64,000 nt of DNA from Candidatus Poribacteria bacterium (GTDB lineage: Bacteria; Poribacteria; WGA-4E; WGA-3G): positions 2,944,001-3,008,000 of the forward strand of contig OZ243938.1 in assembly GCA_965214095.1 (NCBI GenBank). The letters are read 5' to 3'. Each line of letters starts with the position of its first letter. Position 1 is the stretch's first letter. The position numbers and the translations under genes are program-made. Below are positions 8,926 to 20,023 of this stretch, in pieces. Under the pieces are notes generated by a model. That model saw nothing but the letters and a program-made list of their open reading frames with translations, was not told where the DNA came from and made no database searches.

Positions 8926-11505
8926 ATGGAAATAACACGTCCTTTATTACTTTTATTGCTATTATTGTTGCCAGTTCTATACTACGGATTTCGTCGTAGT
9001 CTTGTGGATCTGTCTCGTACACAAAGAATAATAAGTTTGTGCGTTAGAGTGATTATTCTTCTATTGTTGATATTGAGTGTCGCAGATCTTCAATATCTGA
9101 AAACTGATGACAAACTTGCCGTGATGTTCCTCACAGATATTTCTGACAGTATTTCAGATGATGGTTTGAAAAATACAACCGATTTTATCAACGAAGCTAT
9201 AGATAACAACGATGGAAACCAACAAACCGGAATTATAGCGTTTACAGAAAAGGCAGAGATCCTTAAATCTCTTGAAGGTAATAATCGGAATGAAACAGAT
9301 GGTGAATTAGATCTCTCTGAAATTAGGAAAAACTGGTTGGAAGCAGATGAGGATGCTGGAGACACAACAAACATCGCACAAGCCATTGAAACTGCATGGA
9401 GCGTTTTTCCGGCAAATGCAAACAAACGGATAGTACTGATTACGGATGGTTTAGAAACACAGGGAGATGTTGTTCACACTGCACTTCGTGGGAAAGAGTT
9501 TGATATACAGATTGACACGGTTCCCATTTATCCGAGTGATGTTCCAGAGGTGATGGTACAGCGAATTGATGCACCTGCTCAAGTCAAACAAGGGGCACCA
9601 TTCAGTTTAGAAGTGATTGTCCATAGTAACCATGAAGATATTGCAGAAATCCGTCTCTATAAGAACAAATTTGAGGCATCAAAAAAAGAGGTGCGTCTTG
9701 TTGAAGGCGAAAATCGGGTTCTGTTCACAGAAACACATGAAGACAGCGGTACATTGACGTATGATGCGACCATCCGAACAACACAAGATACTCGCTACGA
9801 TAATAACAAAGCACTCGGTATCGTTTCTGTTTCTGGTCAACCGAAGATATTACTTATAGATGAAAACGAATCGCAAACCCGATATTTAATGCGAGCACTT
9901 GAGGATGCAAAGATTCGTGTAGATGTCCGTAACGGCTTAGGTGTCCCCAATGAATTGGCTGACCTTCAGAACTATGAACTGATCATCTTCAGTGATGTGC
10001 CAGCAAATCGTTTGACCGAGAAACAGATGGAACTTATCCGAACTTATGTGCAAGACCTTGGCGGCGGTTTTATGATGCTCGGAAGTGAGAATAGTTATGG
10101 ATTGGGTGGCTACTACAAGACTCCGATTGAGGAGGTATTACCTGTCCGAACGGATACCGAAAAGAAGAAAGAGACTCCATCGTTAGCAATGGTTCTGGTG
10201 ATTGACAAATCTGGCAGTATGGGTGGTATCAAGATTGAATTAGCCAAAGAAGCTGCTCGCGCAACTGTAGAACTACTCGGTCCGCGCGATAAAATCGGTG
10301 TCATTGCTTTTGACGGTTCACCTTTCTGGATTACAGAGATGCACGATGCCTCAGATAAACAATTTATATCAAATCAGGTCGGTTCAATTACAGCAAGTGG
10401 TGGAACAAATCTCTATCCCGCACTCCAACAAGCATATTACGGTTTGACAGAAACAACGGCAAAATTAAAGCATGTTATTGTTCTCAGTGATGGGCATTCG
10501 CAAGGTGGTGATTGGTACGGTATCGCCAATTCAATGCACTCAGAACGGATTACAATATCCACTGTCGGCATCGGTAGTGGAGCAGACATGAATCTGTTAG
10601 GTAACCTTGCTCAGTGGGGTGGTGGACGCGAGTATTTTACACAAGACCCATATAATATACCACAGATTTTCGCTAAGGAGACCGTCACCGCATCACAATC
10701 CGCAATCATAGATACTCCATTCATCCCACAACGTATCAAACCGACTCAGGTGTTGAGTGGTATAGACCTTGAACTTGCACCTTTCCTACTTGGATATGTT
10801 GCTACCCAACCACGTCCCACTGCTGAGATTTTCCTTGTTTCTGACCGCGGAGACCCGATACTTGCAAGTTGGCAATACGGTTTAGGCAAATCTGTCGCAT
10901 TCACCTCCGATGCAAAAGCACGATGGGCAACGGACTGGTTAGAGTGGGCAGGTTACGGCAAGTTCTGGACGCAACTTGTGCGTGATACGATGCGAAAAAC
11001 AACACTCAGCAATTTCCAAGCAGCAATCAATAAAGAGAAAGGTGTCGCACATCTTGCGATTGATGCACTGAGTGACACAGGGCAATTCTTAAATGAATTG
11101 GACAGCCAAATTTCGCTTATTGGTCCTGATCTGAAAAAGAAGGAACTATCTATCTCACAGACATCACCAGGACGGTATGAACTTGAGTTCCCGACAGCAG
11201 AGGTAGGTCCCTATTTCTTAAACATCACGCAAAAACAGGCAGGAGAAATCGTCAATACACAAGTTGCCGGTACAGTTGTCTCCTATCCTGAGGAGTATCT
11301 TGTTCACAATGCAGATGATGCACTTCTCACACAGGTCTCTAATGTGTCGGGGGGAAAATTCAATATCACTGCTGAAGAAGCATTTCGGTCACCAGAAAAT
11401 CCGGTAACACTTCGGATTCATCTATGGCGACCATTTCTTATTACTGCCATTATTCTATTGCTCATTGACATTGCGTTGCGACGCATTGATATGAGACGTT
11501 CCTAA
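8926..11505 (+). CDS. Double-VWA plus glutamine-amidotransferase-like membrane protein
   Basis: DISDSI and DKSGSM MIDAS motifs, GGGFMMLG..SYGLGGY, WQYGLGKSVAFTSD, C-terminal TM; typical partner of MoxR operons. Confidence 0.85.
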   Translation: MEITRPLLLLLLLLLPVLYYGFRRSLVDLSRTQRIISLCVRVIILLLLILSVADLQYLKTDDKLAVMFLTDISDSISDDGLKNTTDFINEAIDNNDGNQQTGIIAFTEKAEILKSLEGNNRNETDGELDLSEIRKNWLEADEDAGDTTNIAQAIETAWSVFPANANKRIVLITDGLETQGDVVHTALRGKEFDIQIDTVPIYPSDVPEVMVQRIDAPAQVKQGAPFSLEVIVHSNHEDIAEIRLYKNKFEASKKEVRLVEGENRVLFTETHEDSGTLTYDATIRTTQDTRYDNNKALGIVSVSGQPKILLIDENESQTRYLMRALEDAKIRVDVRNGLGVPNELADLQNYELIIFSDVPANRLTEKQMELIRTYVQDLGGGFMMLGSENSYGLGGYYKTPIEEVLPVRTDTEKKKETPSLAMVLVIDKSGSMGGIKIELAKEAARATVELLGPRDKIGVIAFDGSPFWITEMHDASDKQFISNQVGSITASGGTNLYPALQQAYYGLTETTAKLKHVIVLSDGHSQGGDWYGIANSMHSERITISTVGIGSGADMNLLGNLAQWGGGREYFTQDPYNIPQIFAKETVTASQSAIIDTPFIPQRIKPTQVLSGIDLELAPFLLGYVATQPRPTAEIFLVSDRGDPILASWQYGLGKSVAFTSDAKARWATDWLEWAGYGKFWTQLVRDTMRKTTLSNFQAAINKEKGVAHLAIDALSDTGQFLNELDSQISLIGPDLKKKELSISQTSPGRYELEFPTAEVGPYFLNITQKQAGEIVNTQVAGTVVSYPEEYLVHNADDALLTQVSNVSGGKFNITAEEAFRSPENPVTLRIHLWRPFLITAIILLLIDIALRRIDMRRS

Positions 11506-11616
11506 AACCTTTCTATTACATCAATAACGCTAATACAAAAATTAAGTTTAATCAGATTTGTAGTATATGTTATACTTAACCTTAAGTGCGTAGAATCAGA
11601 GTGCAGAGGTTACATT

Positions 11617-12930
11617 ATGAGTATCACACAATTCACAATGGAAGAGGTGCGATGTTTCGCTGAACATCAGACACTTGAAATTCGTCCTCTGACCTTTTTG
11701 GTGGGTGAGAATAGCACAGGGAAGACTACTGCACTTGCATGTTTCCATGTATTGACAAATTATCTGCGAAATGGAGATTTGGATTTTAATTCGGATCCTT
11801 ATGCATTAGGCACATTTAAAGATATTGTCAGAAACAGGAACATAAAAGAGAAAAACTTTAAACTTGGATTTACTGGTAGAAATAACAGTGAAGATGTCCA
11901 AGTAACAGTTGAATTTGTAGAAAAAAAAGGAAGTATTGAACCGACTGTAAGTTCATTAAGAATAAAATTCGTTGATGGTGAAATCAACCTTGAAACAGAA
12001 GAACAGAAAGATATTGCAGTTCGTTTAGGTTCTTATGATGTGCAACGGAATCAATATAATTTAGTATGTAGTTCTGATGCTCTAAGTTCACCTTATTTTA
12101 GAATACTGTCGCTTGTATTTGAAAGAGGAACTGATGGCCAGATTGCTTTAGACGAATATCTGAGTAATAAAACTCAACATATAGGAATTTTTGATTTTCG
12201 ACCGTGGGATACGTTCTGTGGTTTTTCGGTAAATAGTAGTTCTCCAATTAGGTCACGACCTAAACGCACCTACGATCCGGCACGCGAATTTAACGATCCA
12301 GAAGGCAGTGATGTTCCGATGATGCTAATGCGATTGGCGGTTACCAGAAAAAAAGAATGGGAGAAACTAAAACAACAACTCATAGAGTTTGGAATAAGTT
12401 CTGGGCTTTTTCAAGACATAAAGATAAAGAACTTTAGCGGTTCCCTTGGTGGACCATTCCAACTGCAATTCAAGGTAAAGGGACCTACTAAGAATATCGT
12501 AGATGTTGGCTATGGAATTAGTCAAATACTTCCGCTCTTAGTACAAGTATTATATCCAAGTATTGCTCAATATAGTGAAAGTAAACCCGTACCCCCAAGT
12601 TATTCCTTACTCCAACAACCAGAGGTGCACCTACATCCAAGGGCTCAAGCGGAATTTACTACTTTATTGACAAGATTGACAAAACAGGGAAATCAGTCAT
12701 TCATTATTGAAACGCATAGTGACTATATGGTTGACCGTGCACGTATTGAAATCAGAAAAGGAAACATCAAACCGGAAGATGTATCACTAATTTATTTTGA
12801 ACCGAAAAGGAATATTGTTAATATGCATAATATTGGATTTGATGAAATGGGAAACATGATTGACGTTCCGCCACATTATCGTGATTTTTTCCTTAAAGAG
12901 TCTAAACGGCTTATGGGTTTTGAGGATTAA
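11617..12930 (+). CDS. ABC-type ATPase (AAA_21/DUF3696-like)
   Basis: GENSTGKT, DVGYGISQILP signature, QQPEVHLHP, IETHSDY. Confidence 0.85.
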   Translation: MSITQFTMEEVRCFAEHQTLEIRPLTFLVGENSTGKTTALACFHVLTNYLRNGDLDFNSDPYALGTFKDIVRNRNIKEKNFKLGFTGRNNSEDVQVTVEFVEKKGSIEPTVSSLRIKFVDGEINLETEEQKDIAVRLGSYDVQRNQYNLVCSSDALSSPYFRILSLVFERGTDGQIALDEYLSNKTQHIGIFDFRPWDTFCGFSVNSSSPIRSRPKRTYDPAREFNDPEGSDVPMMLMRLAVTRKKEWEKLKQQLIEFGISSGLFQDIKIKNFSGSLGGPFQLQFKVKGPTKNIVDVGYGISQILPLLVQVLYPSIAQYSESKPVPPSYSLLQQPEVHLHPRAQAEFTTLLTRLTKQGNQSFIIETHSDYMVDRARIEIRKGNIKPEDVSLIYFEPKRNIVNMHNIGFDEMGNMIDVPPHYRDFFLKESKRLMGFED

Positions 12931-12933
12931 TGC

Positions 12934-13140
12934 GTGTGCGCGATATTGGATGCAAATACGTTTCATAAATTCAAGGATCCTTCTGATCAAGATATGAAAC
13001 CCGTTTGGAAATGGTTAGAGAGCAAAAATGGAAAAATAGTCTACACTAACACTAAGAAATTTGAGGAAGAGTGGTATAGAGGAGGAATGGAGAAGACATG
13101 GCACAACAATGGCACACCGAACAAGTTTCTATTGATGTGA
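12934..13140 (+). pseudogene. Truncated PIN-like domain partner of the ATPase
   Basis: MCAILDAN start resembles the PIN beta1-Asp motif; only about 50 codons before running into the RBS and start of the next gene. Confidence 0.5.
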
Positions 13141-14048
13141 CGATTGACCCGATTGAAGCATGCTATCAAAACGGATGGACTGATGGACTTCCCGTTGTTC
13201 CACCAACTCCGGAACGCGTTGAAAAGATGCTAAGCGGAACCACACGTTCACCTGATGAATTGATTGCTGCACTCCCACCGAAATGGGGCAAAGCAACAGT
13301 TGAGCGGATAGCAATAAACGCTGTAATGGCGGGTTGTCTGCCGGAATATCTTCCTGTTGTTCTTGCTGCTGTTGAGGCAATGATAGATGAAAGGTTCAAT
13401 CTACACGGTGTTCAAGTTACTACATCACATGTTTCTCCTATGCTGATAGTAAATGGTCCTATTCGGAAAAAGTTAGATATTAACGCCGGTTTCAATCTAT
13501 TCGGACAAGGTTGGCGTGCCAATGCTACTATTGGCAGAGCAGTCCGACTCATCTGTACAAACATAGGTGGGGCATTGCCTGCAGAATTAGACCGAGCTGC
13601 ATTTGGACATGTTGGGAAGTATACGTGTTGCATTGCTGAAATTGAAGGTGAGGAAAACCCGTGGAAACCACTACATGTGGAGCGCGGCTATGCATCTGAA
13701 GATAGCACAATAACCGTTTTTGCTGGAGCAGGTCCTAAAAGTATCAACGATCACGGAAGCAATACTGCAGAAGGTATTCTCACGACAATCTGTCAAAATA
13801 TGGCAGCGCCGGGTAATAGTAGGGGTGAAACTTTATTGGTCATCGGTATTGAACATGCCAAGACGATTTCAAATGATGGATTTAGTAAATCAGATATCCG
13901 TAAACACATCGCTAAAACAACGAAGCAATATTCTGAAGAAGATTTGTTACTTATGGTGGCAGGTGGTCCAGCAGGAAGATGGAGCATGTTGGTACAAGGT
14001 TGGGGCTCTCCCTCATCACGAGCAATTACAACTGAATTGAAAGATTGA
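13098..14048 (+). CDS. Conserved hypothetical protein (GWTDGLPVVPPT family)
   Basis: GWTDGLPVVPPT, AVMAGC.PEY, RANATIGRA motifs; RBS ggag before ATG. Confidence 0.8.
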   Translation: MAQQWHTEQVSIDVTIDPIEACYQNGWTDGLPVVPPTPERVEKMLSGTTRSPDELIAALPPKWGKATVERIAINAVMAGCLPEYLPVVLAAVEAMIDERFNLHGVQVTTSHVSPMLIVNGPIRKKLDINAGFNLFGQGWRANATIGRAVRLICTNIGGALPAELDRAAFGHVGKYTCCIAEIEGEENPWKPLHVERGYASEDSTITVFAGAGPKSINDHGSNTAEGILTTICQNMAAPGNSRGETLLVIGIEHAKTISNDGFSKSDIRKHIAKTTKQYSEEDLLLMVAGGPAGRWSMLVQGWGSPSSRAITTELKD

Positions 14049-14096
14049 CATTTGTTGGATTTTATGGTTTTATAGACAATAGAGGAGGACAAGAAT

Positions 14097-15503
14097 ATGA
14101 ACCTTCAGGGAATACAACTGACTGATGAACAGATGCGGGATTTCATCATCAATGGATATCTCAAGGTGAAAACAGACTTACCCGCGAGTTTTCATGAACA
14201 AATTTTCCAACAGTTAGAAACAATGTTTGAAAAGACCGGTAATTGGGGTAACAATGTGCTGCCGTTGATCCCAGAGCTTCAACATGTTTTTGAGCATCCT
14301 GTTGTGCATGGTGCGATGCAAGGAGTGCTTGGAAAAAACTATATGATGCATCCGCACCGTTATTGTCATTACAACCCATCAGGTAGTGGTGGACAAGGGT
14401 TTCATAAGGATACTTATGAAGGTGATGAACAGATACGCCGACACAGATGCCGTTGGACAATGGCGTTTTATTATCCACAGGATGTGAGTGATGATATGGG
14501 CCCGACTGCTGTGTTGCCGGGGTCTCACTATTACGAGACCCATGATAGTGCCCACGAACAACCTGATACTTCTTTGTGTGGAGAAGCAGGTACTGTGACC
14601 ATCGTTCATTATGATCTGTGGCATCGTGCAACTCCTAATCAGAGTGAAAATAAGCGGTATATGTTGAAGTTTCTGTTCTCTCGTCTTGATGAACCTTCAT
14701 CTCCGGATTGGGAGAGCGATATGGCAGATTGGCAGTCTGTTGCTGATGGCATAGACCCAGACCATCCAGAATTATGGGAATCTCAGTGGGATTGGAATTA
14801 TGGTAGACAAAACGGAGTTGCTAATGGAGTTTCGGCAGATGAGATAGATACATTGCTGGAAACATTGCAAAATGAAGATGAGAAACAGAGGCTGAATGCA
14901 GCATATCGTTTGGGAAGAATTGGTGCTTCTGCTGTGCCGACATTACACCAAGTATTTCATGATGCATCAGAATCAATCCGCAGTTATGTTGGTGTTGCAT
15001 TAAGTCTGATTGGTGATGCTGCTGTTCCTACACTAATTGATGCGTTGTCGAATTCAGAGGAATCCATTCGTACAAGTGCATCGTATACTTTAGCAGATAT
15101 GGGTATAACTGGCGTGGAGGCTGTGCCAGCATTAACAAAAGCTGCATCGGATGAATCCCCTTGGGTTCGTCGGCATTCAATGGAGGGTTTAGGAATCATC
15201 GGTCAATATGTCAATGGAGACATGGATTTAGAACCGACAGTGCGAGTCTTAACAGATGGCTTGAATGATGAACTTTACTGGGTGCGTTATAATGCGGCAC
15301 GATCTTTAGCACAACTGGGAGCAGTCTCTGAACCTGCTATTCCTACTTTGGTAGCACAATTGGAAGATGAAAACCGATATGTTCGGTTTAATGCAGCCTT
15401 AGCATTAAAGAAGATAGATACCCCTGAAGCCAGAGAAGTGTTGTTGAATCATCTGTTTTCAACAAGATGGTGTGCGTTAACATCTAATGAAACACCTTAT
15501 TAG
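14097..15503 (+). CDS. Phytanoyl-CoA dioxygenase (PhyH) family fused to HEAT/PBS-lyase repeats
   Basis: HKD and WH Fe-binding motifs, GPTAVLPGSH; C-terminal HEAT repeats (VRYNAARSL, VRFNAALAL). Confidence 0.88.
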   Translation: MNLQGIQLTDEQMRDFIINGYLKVKTDLPASFHEQIFQQLETMFEKTGNWGNNVLPLIPELQHVFEHPVVHGAMQGVLGKNYMMHPHRYCHYNPSGSGGQGFHKDTYEGDEQIRRHRCRWTMAFYYPQDVSDDMGPTAVLPGSHYYETHDSAHEQPDTSLCGEAGTVTIVHYDLWHRATPNQSENKRYMLKFLFSRLDEPSSPDWESDMADWQSVADGIDPDHPELWESQWDWNYGRQNGVANGVSADEIDTLLETLQNEDEKQRLNAAYRLGRIGASAVPTLHQVFHDASESIRSYVGVALSLIGDAAVPTLIDALSNSEESIRTSASYTLADMGITGVEAVPALTKAASDESPWVRRHSMEGLGIIGQYVNGDMDLEPTVRVLTDGLNDELYWVRYNAARSLAQLGAVSEPAIPTLVAQLEDENRYVRFNAALALKKIDTPEAREVLLNHLFSTRWCALTSNETPY

Positions 15504-15523
15504 AACGTGTTACATAAATCATT

Positions 15524-15586
15524 GTAGGACGGGGTCTCTGTGTCCATCATGTCAATTATTGGCGGGGTCCTGAGACCCTGTCTTAC
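15524..15586. repeat. Degenerate REP doublet
   Basis: gtaggacggggtctctg... and ...ggcggggtcctgagaccctgtcttac in inverted orientation. Confidence 0.5.
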
Positions 15587-15588
15587 AT

Positions 15589-15691
15589 TATAGTAGATTT
15601 TGAAATTACTTAAACACTCTGCATTGGCGAGGTTAGGAAACCTCGCCTACCGTGGGACGAAAGTGTTAACTTATATTTATAATTCACTATA
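15589..15691. mobile_element. MITE family B (TA-flanked, TAGT...ACTA ends) carrying a single REP
   Basis: tatagtag...ttcactata termini; internal ggcgaggttaggaaacctcgcctac; related to 18168, 22362, 53669. Confidence 0.65.
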
Positions 15692-15738
15692 AAAGGAGCA
15701 ACTGATTTCCATAGTACTGAACCAATTTGATTTGTTAT

Positions 15739-16611
15739 CTATTGTTCTAAACTTGCCAAAACGACTCTATCCTTACCAGAATAATCCTTAATGAAGCGAA
15801 ATGTCTTATATTCAGACTGATTTTCAAATAGTGCCTTGACAGGTTCTTTCTGGGTGTCCCCGATTTCTAAGATAAGTTTGCCATCTGGCTGGAGATACTC
15901 CGGTGCCTTAGCAATCAACGTGCGAATGATTGATAGCCCATCTTCACCTGCAAAGAGAGCGATATGTGGTTCATAGTCACGCACATCTGGACTCAAGGAA
16001 TCGTGGTCATTGGACATTACATAAGGTGGGTTGGAAACAATCCAATTATATCGTGAGGGTTCTAACGGCTTAATTGGGTCAAACAAATCACCGTGCAAGA
16101 GTGTAATACGTTCATTACAATCGTGTGCTTCCCTATTAATTTCTGCAACTGCTAAAGCGTCTTTACATATATCCGTTGCGATTATTTCCCACTCAGGTTT
16201 GTTGACAGCAAGAGCAGTCGCTATTATGCCGCTTCCTGTACCTATCTCAAGTATGCTCTGGGATGTATCAGGATTTGTTTTGAGTATTGTTTCAACAATG
16301 AATTCGGTTTCTGGTCGGGGAATAAGCACCCGTTCATCAACATAGAAATCCAGAGACATGAATTCCTTGTGATTGGTAAGATAACTAATCGGTGTTCGTG
16401 CGATCCGCTTTTTAATCATCTCTCGGAACGCATTCAAGTCTTTTTGAAAAACGGGCATATCAAAGTGTAAATATAGTTGTAGCCTGCTTTTCTCAAGTAG
16501 GTGTCCGAGTAATACCTCAACGTCTAATCGTGGGTTTGGAATGTTATGCTTCGCAAAATAACCAGTTGTCCACTCAAGGAGTTCAAGCACATGCCATTTT
16601 TGGGTAGCCAT
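15739..16611 (-). CDS. prmC: Release factor glutamine methyltransferase
   Basis: VLIPRPETE, EIGTGSG, SNPPY; downstream of prfA. Confidence 0.96.
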   Translation of the reverse strand: MATQKWHVLELLEWTTGYFAKHNIPNPRLDVEVLLGHLLEKSRLQLYLHFDMPVFQKDLNAFREMIKKRIARTPISYLTNHKEFMSLDFYVDERVLIPRPETEFIVETILKTNPDTSQSILEIGTGSGIIATALAVNKPEWEIIATDICKDALAVAEINREAHDCNERITLLHGDLFDPIKPLEPSRYNWIVSNPPYVMSNDHDSLSPDVRDYEPHIALFAGEDGLSIIRTLIAKAPEYLQPDGKLILEIGDTQKEPVKALFENQSEYKTFRFIKDYSGKDRVVLASLEQ

Positions 16612-16695
16612 AGAATCTTATATGATCTGAGAACTCCATCCGAGTGATAGCAAATAAGGTGTGCTGTAAATCGGGGTTAGAAACCCTCCAACGAT

Positions 16696-17766
16696 CTATG
16701 AGACAGACTGTAGTTTTTCTGCTTGATCGGCAGTGGTTAATTTTTCAATAAATGCGTCTATATCACCGTCTAAAACAGAATCCAATTGATGTGAACTGAA
16801 TTGAATTCGGTGGTCAGTTACGCGCGATTGTGGAAAATTGTATGTGCGTATTTTTTCGCTTCTATCCCCGCTACCAATCATTGACCGTCGGGTTTCTGAG
16901 CGTTCTTTATCAAGTTCTGCTTGTTTTCTTTCCTGCAAACGTGCACGAAGTATCTTCATTGCTTTTGACCGGTTTTTATGCTGGGATTTTTCGTCTTGTT
17001 GGGTTACAACGATACCTGTTGGAATGTGTGTGATACGTATCGCTGAATCGGTAGTATTAACGCTCTGTCCACCGGGACCTGAGGAACGATAGGTATCTAT
17101 CCGTAATTCAGCAGCTTCATCAATTTGTACATCAATCTCTTCTGCTTCAGGTAGTACTGCGACAGTGACTGCTGATGTATGAATACGTCCACTTGTTTCA
17201 GTTGTTGGAATACGTTGGACACGGTGTATCCCACCTTCATATTTTAGCAGACTGTATGCGGATTTCCCTTCAATAGAAAAGATAACTTCTTTGAATCCTT
17301 TTAATCCCGTAGCATTTGCACTGAGCATATCAATTTTCCAACCTTTTCTTTCAGCGTATCGGGTGTACAGTCGGAATATCTCAGATGCAAACAGACTGGC
17401 TTCCTCACCACCTGTGCCTGCCCGAATTTCAATAATTACATTTTTCTCGTCATTCGGGTCTTTAGGGATAAGAAGCATTTTAAGTGTATCAATGAGTTCA
17501 TCTTGCTGTTTCTCAAGATCCTCCAATTCCTCTTGTGCCAATGCTAACATATCCGCGTCACTTTCATCTGTTAACATCGTCTGCGTTTCTTCAATAGCAG
17601 ATTCCAATTGCTGATAGTCTTTATATCCGGAAACGATTGGAGAAAGTTCAGCGTGAGTCTTTGAGAGTTCTTGTAATCGTTGCGGATTGGATATCTGGTC
17701 AGGATCACTTAAAGCTTTTTCTACATCAATGAATTTATTCTGAATGTCTTTGAGTTTGTCAAACAT
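16696..17766 (-). CDS. prfA: Peptide chain release factor 1
   Basis: GGQ motif ([10 protein letters not shown]), PTT anticodon-like motif, RTYNFPQ; adjacent to prmC. Confidence 0.97.
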   Translation of the reverse strand: MFDKLKDIQNKFIDVEKALSDPDQISNPQRLQELSKTHAELSPIVSGYKDYQQLESAIEETQTMLTDESDADMLALAQEELEDLEKQQDELIDTLKMLLIPKDPNDEKNVIIEIRAGTGGEEASLFASEIFRLYTRYAERKGWKIDMLSANATGLKGFKEVIFSIEGKSAYSLLKYEGGIHRVQRIPTTETSGRIHTSAVTVAVLPEAEEIDVQIDEAAELRIDTYRSSGPGGQSVNTTDSAIRITHIPTGIVVTQQDEKSQHKNRSKAMKILRARLQERKQAELDKERSETRRSMIGSGDRSEKIRTYNFPQSRVTDHRIQFSSHQLDSVLDGDIDAFIEKLTTADQAEKLQSVS

Positions 17767-17803
17767 ATCAAATCTCTATAAGTCTCAATAAGGATTAGAA
17801 ACG

Positions 17804-18019
17804 TTACGATTTTTCTTCAGTAAGTCCATATCTGCGTCTGAAACTCTCCACGCGTCCTGCTGTGTCAATAAACCTTGTTTGTTGACCAGTATAGAATGGG
17901 TGGCATTTTGCACAAACGTCAACACGCATATCCGATTGGATTGTAACCGTTTGATATGTTGCACCACAAACGCAATTGATGGTACACTCAGTTGTTTCTG
18001 GATGTATTTCAGGTTTCAT
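17804..18019 (-). CDS. rpmE: 50S ribosomal protein L31 (Zn-binding type)
   Basis: MKPEIHP, CxC...CxxCHPFYTG, GRVESF. Confidence 0.97.
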   Translation of the reverse strand: MKPEIHPETTECTINCVCGATYQTVTIQSDMRVDVCAKCHPFYTGQQTRFIDTAGRVESFRRRYGLTEEKS

Positions 18020-18167
18020 AATTACTCTCCCTATTTTATAAGTGAAATTTATAGTTAGTTATGCTGAGATGCATTAGTACTCAAATGTTCTTACCAACTA
18101 TTTATATTATACCTTAAATTTGATGAAATTTCTCACATAGATTAAAAAAACACATATAAATTCAATT

Positions 18168-18265
18168 TATGATGGATTTTGAATTAGACGGTATGCACCA
18201 GTGCTGTTGGGAAACTGCACCTACCGTGGGAGGAAAGTTTTTACGGATTTTCTAACTTCACCATA
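18168..18265. mobile_element. Degenerate MITE family B with REP
   Basis: tatgatggattttgaatt...cttcaccata; internal gtgctgttgggaaactgcacctaccgtggga resembles the 15589 copy. Confidence 0.5.
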
Positions 18266-18278
18266 TATGTGTTTCATC

Positions 18279-19607
18279 TCATTTCGCAGTTCTTGCTGGT
18301 TTTGGTCGTGGTCTTGCATTCTGTCCAGCATCTGCTGTCATCATTTCAAGAAATTCTTCATTGGTTTCGGTTTTGCCGAACTGTTTAATTAGTAGCTCCA
18401 TAGATTCAGCCATACTCATTTGGCTGATAACTTTTCTTAAGACCCAGACTTTGTTGAGGACATCTGGTTCTAACAAGAGTTCTTCACGGCGTGTTTTGGA
18501 TTTTTCAATGTTGATTGCCGGGAAAATTCGAAGTTCCAACAATGTACGATCCATATGGATTTCCATGTTGGCAGTTCCTTTGAATTCTTCATAGATGTGT
18601 GTATCTGAACGACTTTCAGTATCTACAAGTACTGAAGCGATAATGGTCAGACTGCCACCCCCTTCAAATTTCCGTGCTGCACCACAGAATTTGCGAGGCT
18701 CTACAATCGCCATCGCATCTAATCCACCTGAAAGAGTTCTTCCACTGTGGGGTGCAGTCATGTTATATGCCCTTGCCAGACGGGTCATACTATCGAGTAG
18801 TATAACGACATCTTCACCAGATTCCACCATTCGTTTAGCCTTTTCAATTGCCATTTCAGCGACCTGTGTATGGCGTTCAGGGGGTTCATCAAATGTAGAA
18901 CTAATGACTTCACCTTTAACTGTACGCACGACATCAGTTACTTCTTCAGGTCGCTCATCAATGAGCAAGAAGATGATCGAAACTTCAGGGTGGTTTGATT
19001 CAATACCGCAAGCGATATTTTTGAGAAGCGTTGTTTTTCCACTAAAAGGTGGGGCGACAATTAGACCGCGCTGTCCTTTTCCTATCGGTGCAATCAGGTC
19101 AAGGATCCGAGTCCCGAATTCAGAAGCTTTATGTTCTAACTTCAATTTTTCATACGGGAAAATCGGGTCGAGATTGCCAAAAGGAATTCGCGACTTGACT
19201 AATTCGGGAGGCGAACCGTTGACGTTCTCAATCTGTAACAAAGCAAAATAACGTTCAGTCTTGTTCTCCGATTTTTTGGGAGGACGCACTAATCCTTCTA
19301 CGACATGACCCGTTTGCAATCCGAACAACCGAATTTGTGAAGAAGAAACGTAAATATCTTCATCACTCTGCAGATAATTTGAACGTGGTGATCGAAGAAA
19401 ACCGTAATTTTGGTCACGGTCATCTAAGATTTGCAACACACCCTTTCCATAAAGCGGTATATTCTGTTCTGTGACCTGTCCAATAATCCGATTAATGAGT
19501 TCATCCTTACGTAATGAATCGGTCTCTTCAAGTCCGTAGGATTGCGCCATAGTCTTTAAGGTCGAAATCTCCATTTCTTGGAGCTTGCCTATTTCCAAGC
19601 TCTCCAT
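18279..19607 (-). CDS. rho: Transcription termination factor Rho
   Basis: GFLR and DIYVS RNP motifs, PIGKGQRGLIVAPP, IDERPEEVTD, EEFKGTANME. Confidence 0.98.
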   Translation of the reverse strand: MESLEIGKLQEMEISTLKTMAQSYGLEETDSLRKDELINRIIGQVTEQNIPLYGKGVLQILDDRDQNYGFLRSPRSNYLQSDEDIYVSSSQIRLFGLQTGHVVEGLVRPPKKSENKTERYFALLQIENVNGSPPELVKSRIPFGNLDPIFPYEKLKLEHKASEFGTRILDLIAPIGKGQRGLIVAPPFSGKTTLLKNIACGIESNHPEVSIIFLLIDERPEEVTDVVRTVKGEVISSTFDEPPERHTQVAEMAIEKAKRMVESGEDVVILLDSMTRLARAYNMTAPHSGRTLSGGLDAMAIVEPRKFCGAARKFEGGGSLTIIASVLVDTESRSDTHIYEEFKGTANMEIHMDRTLLELRIFPAINIEKSKTRREELLLEPDVLNKVWVLRKVISQMSMAESMELLIKQFGKTETNEEFLEMMTADAGQNARPRPKPARTAK

Positions 19608-20023
19608 AGTTACTTATACTCCTCGTGAATACCTATTCCCAGTTAGCAATTCAATATCCGTTGTTTGAACTATGTGAAAAATTGCTATAATGGTATCAGG
19701 TAAATACTTACATATTTGACAGTACAGATAAAAGTTCTGTAAGACTGTCTTTATTTTCGTAATGATACTCCTAACAACGATGCAGGAGTGTAAATTAGAT
19801 TGAATTGTTAAGATAGTTTGAACCTTATTAGACATTTTTGGGATAATTTTATCGTGCCTGGCGGGCAAACAAGTCTATGGAATCACAATTACATTATTGT
19901 GGCGGGAACTTGTCTGACAAAAACTATTTGGGATTGATTCTTTTGGGGTCCGTAATGAAAATTATGGAAGGAATTTGACATCCTTTTTGTGTCGGGACCG
20001 ATTATTTGATTACATCACTTATT

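Noticed and set aside
13098-14048. Selenoprotein (UGA read-through) locus
   Set aside because: No in-frame UGA extension or adjacent selenoprotein-like ORF could be supported
19614-19868. 84-aa ORF upstream of rho as a gene or leader peptide
   Set aside because: Non-ATG start, no clear RBS, no recognisable motif; more likely untranslated leader
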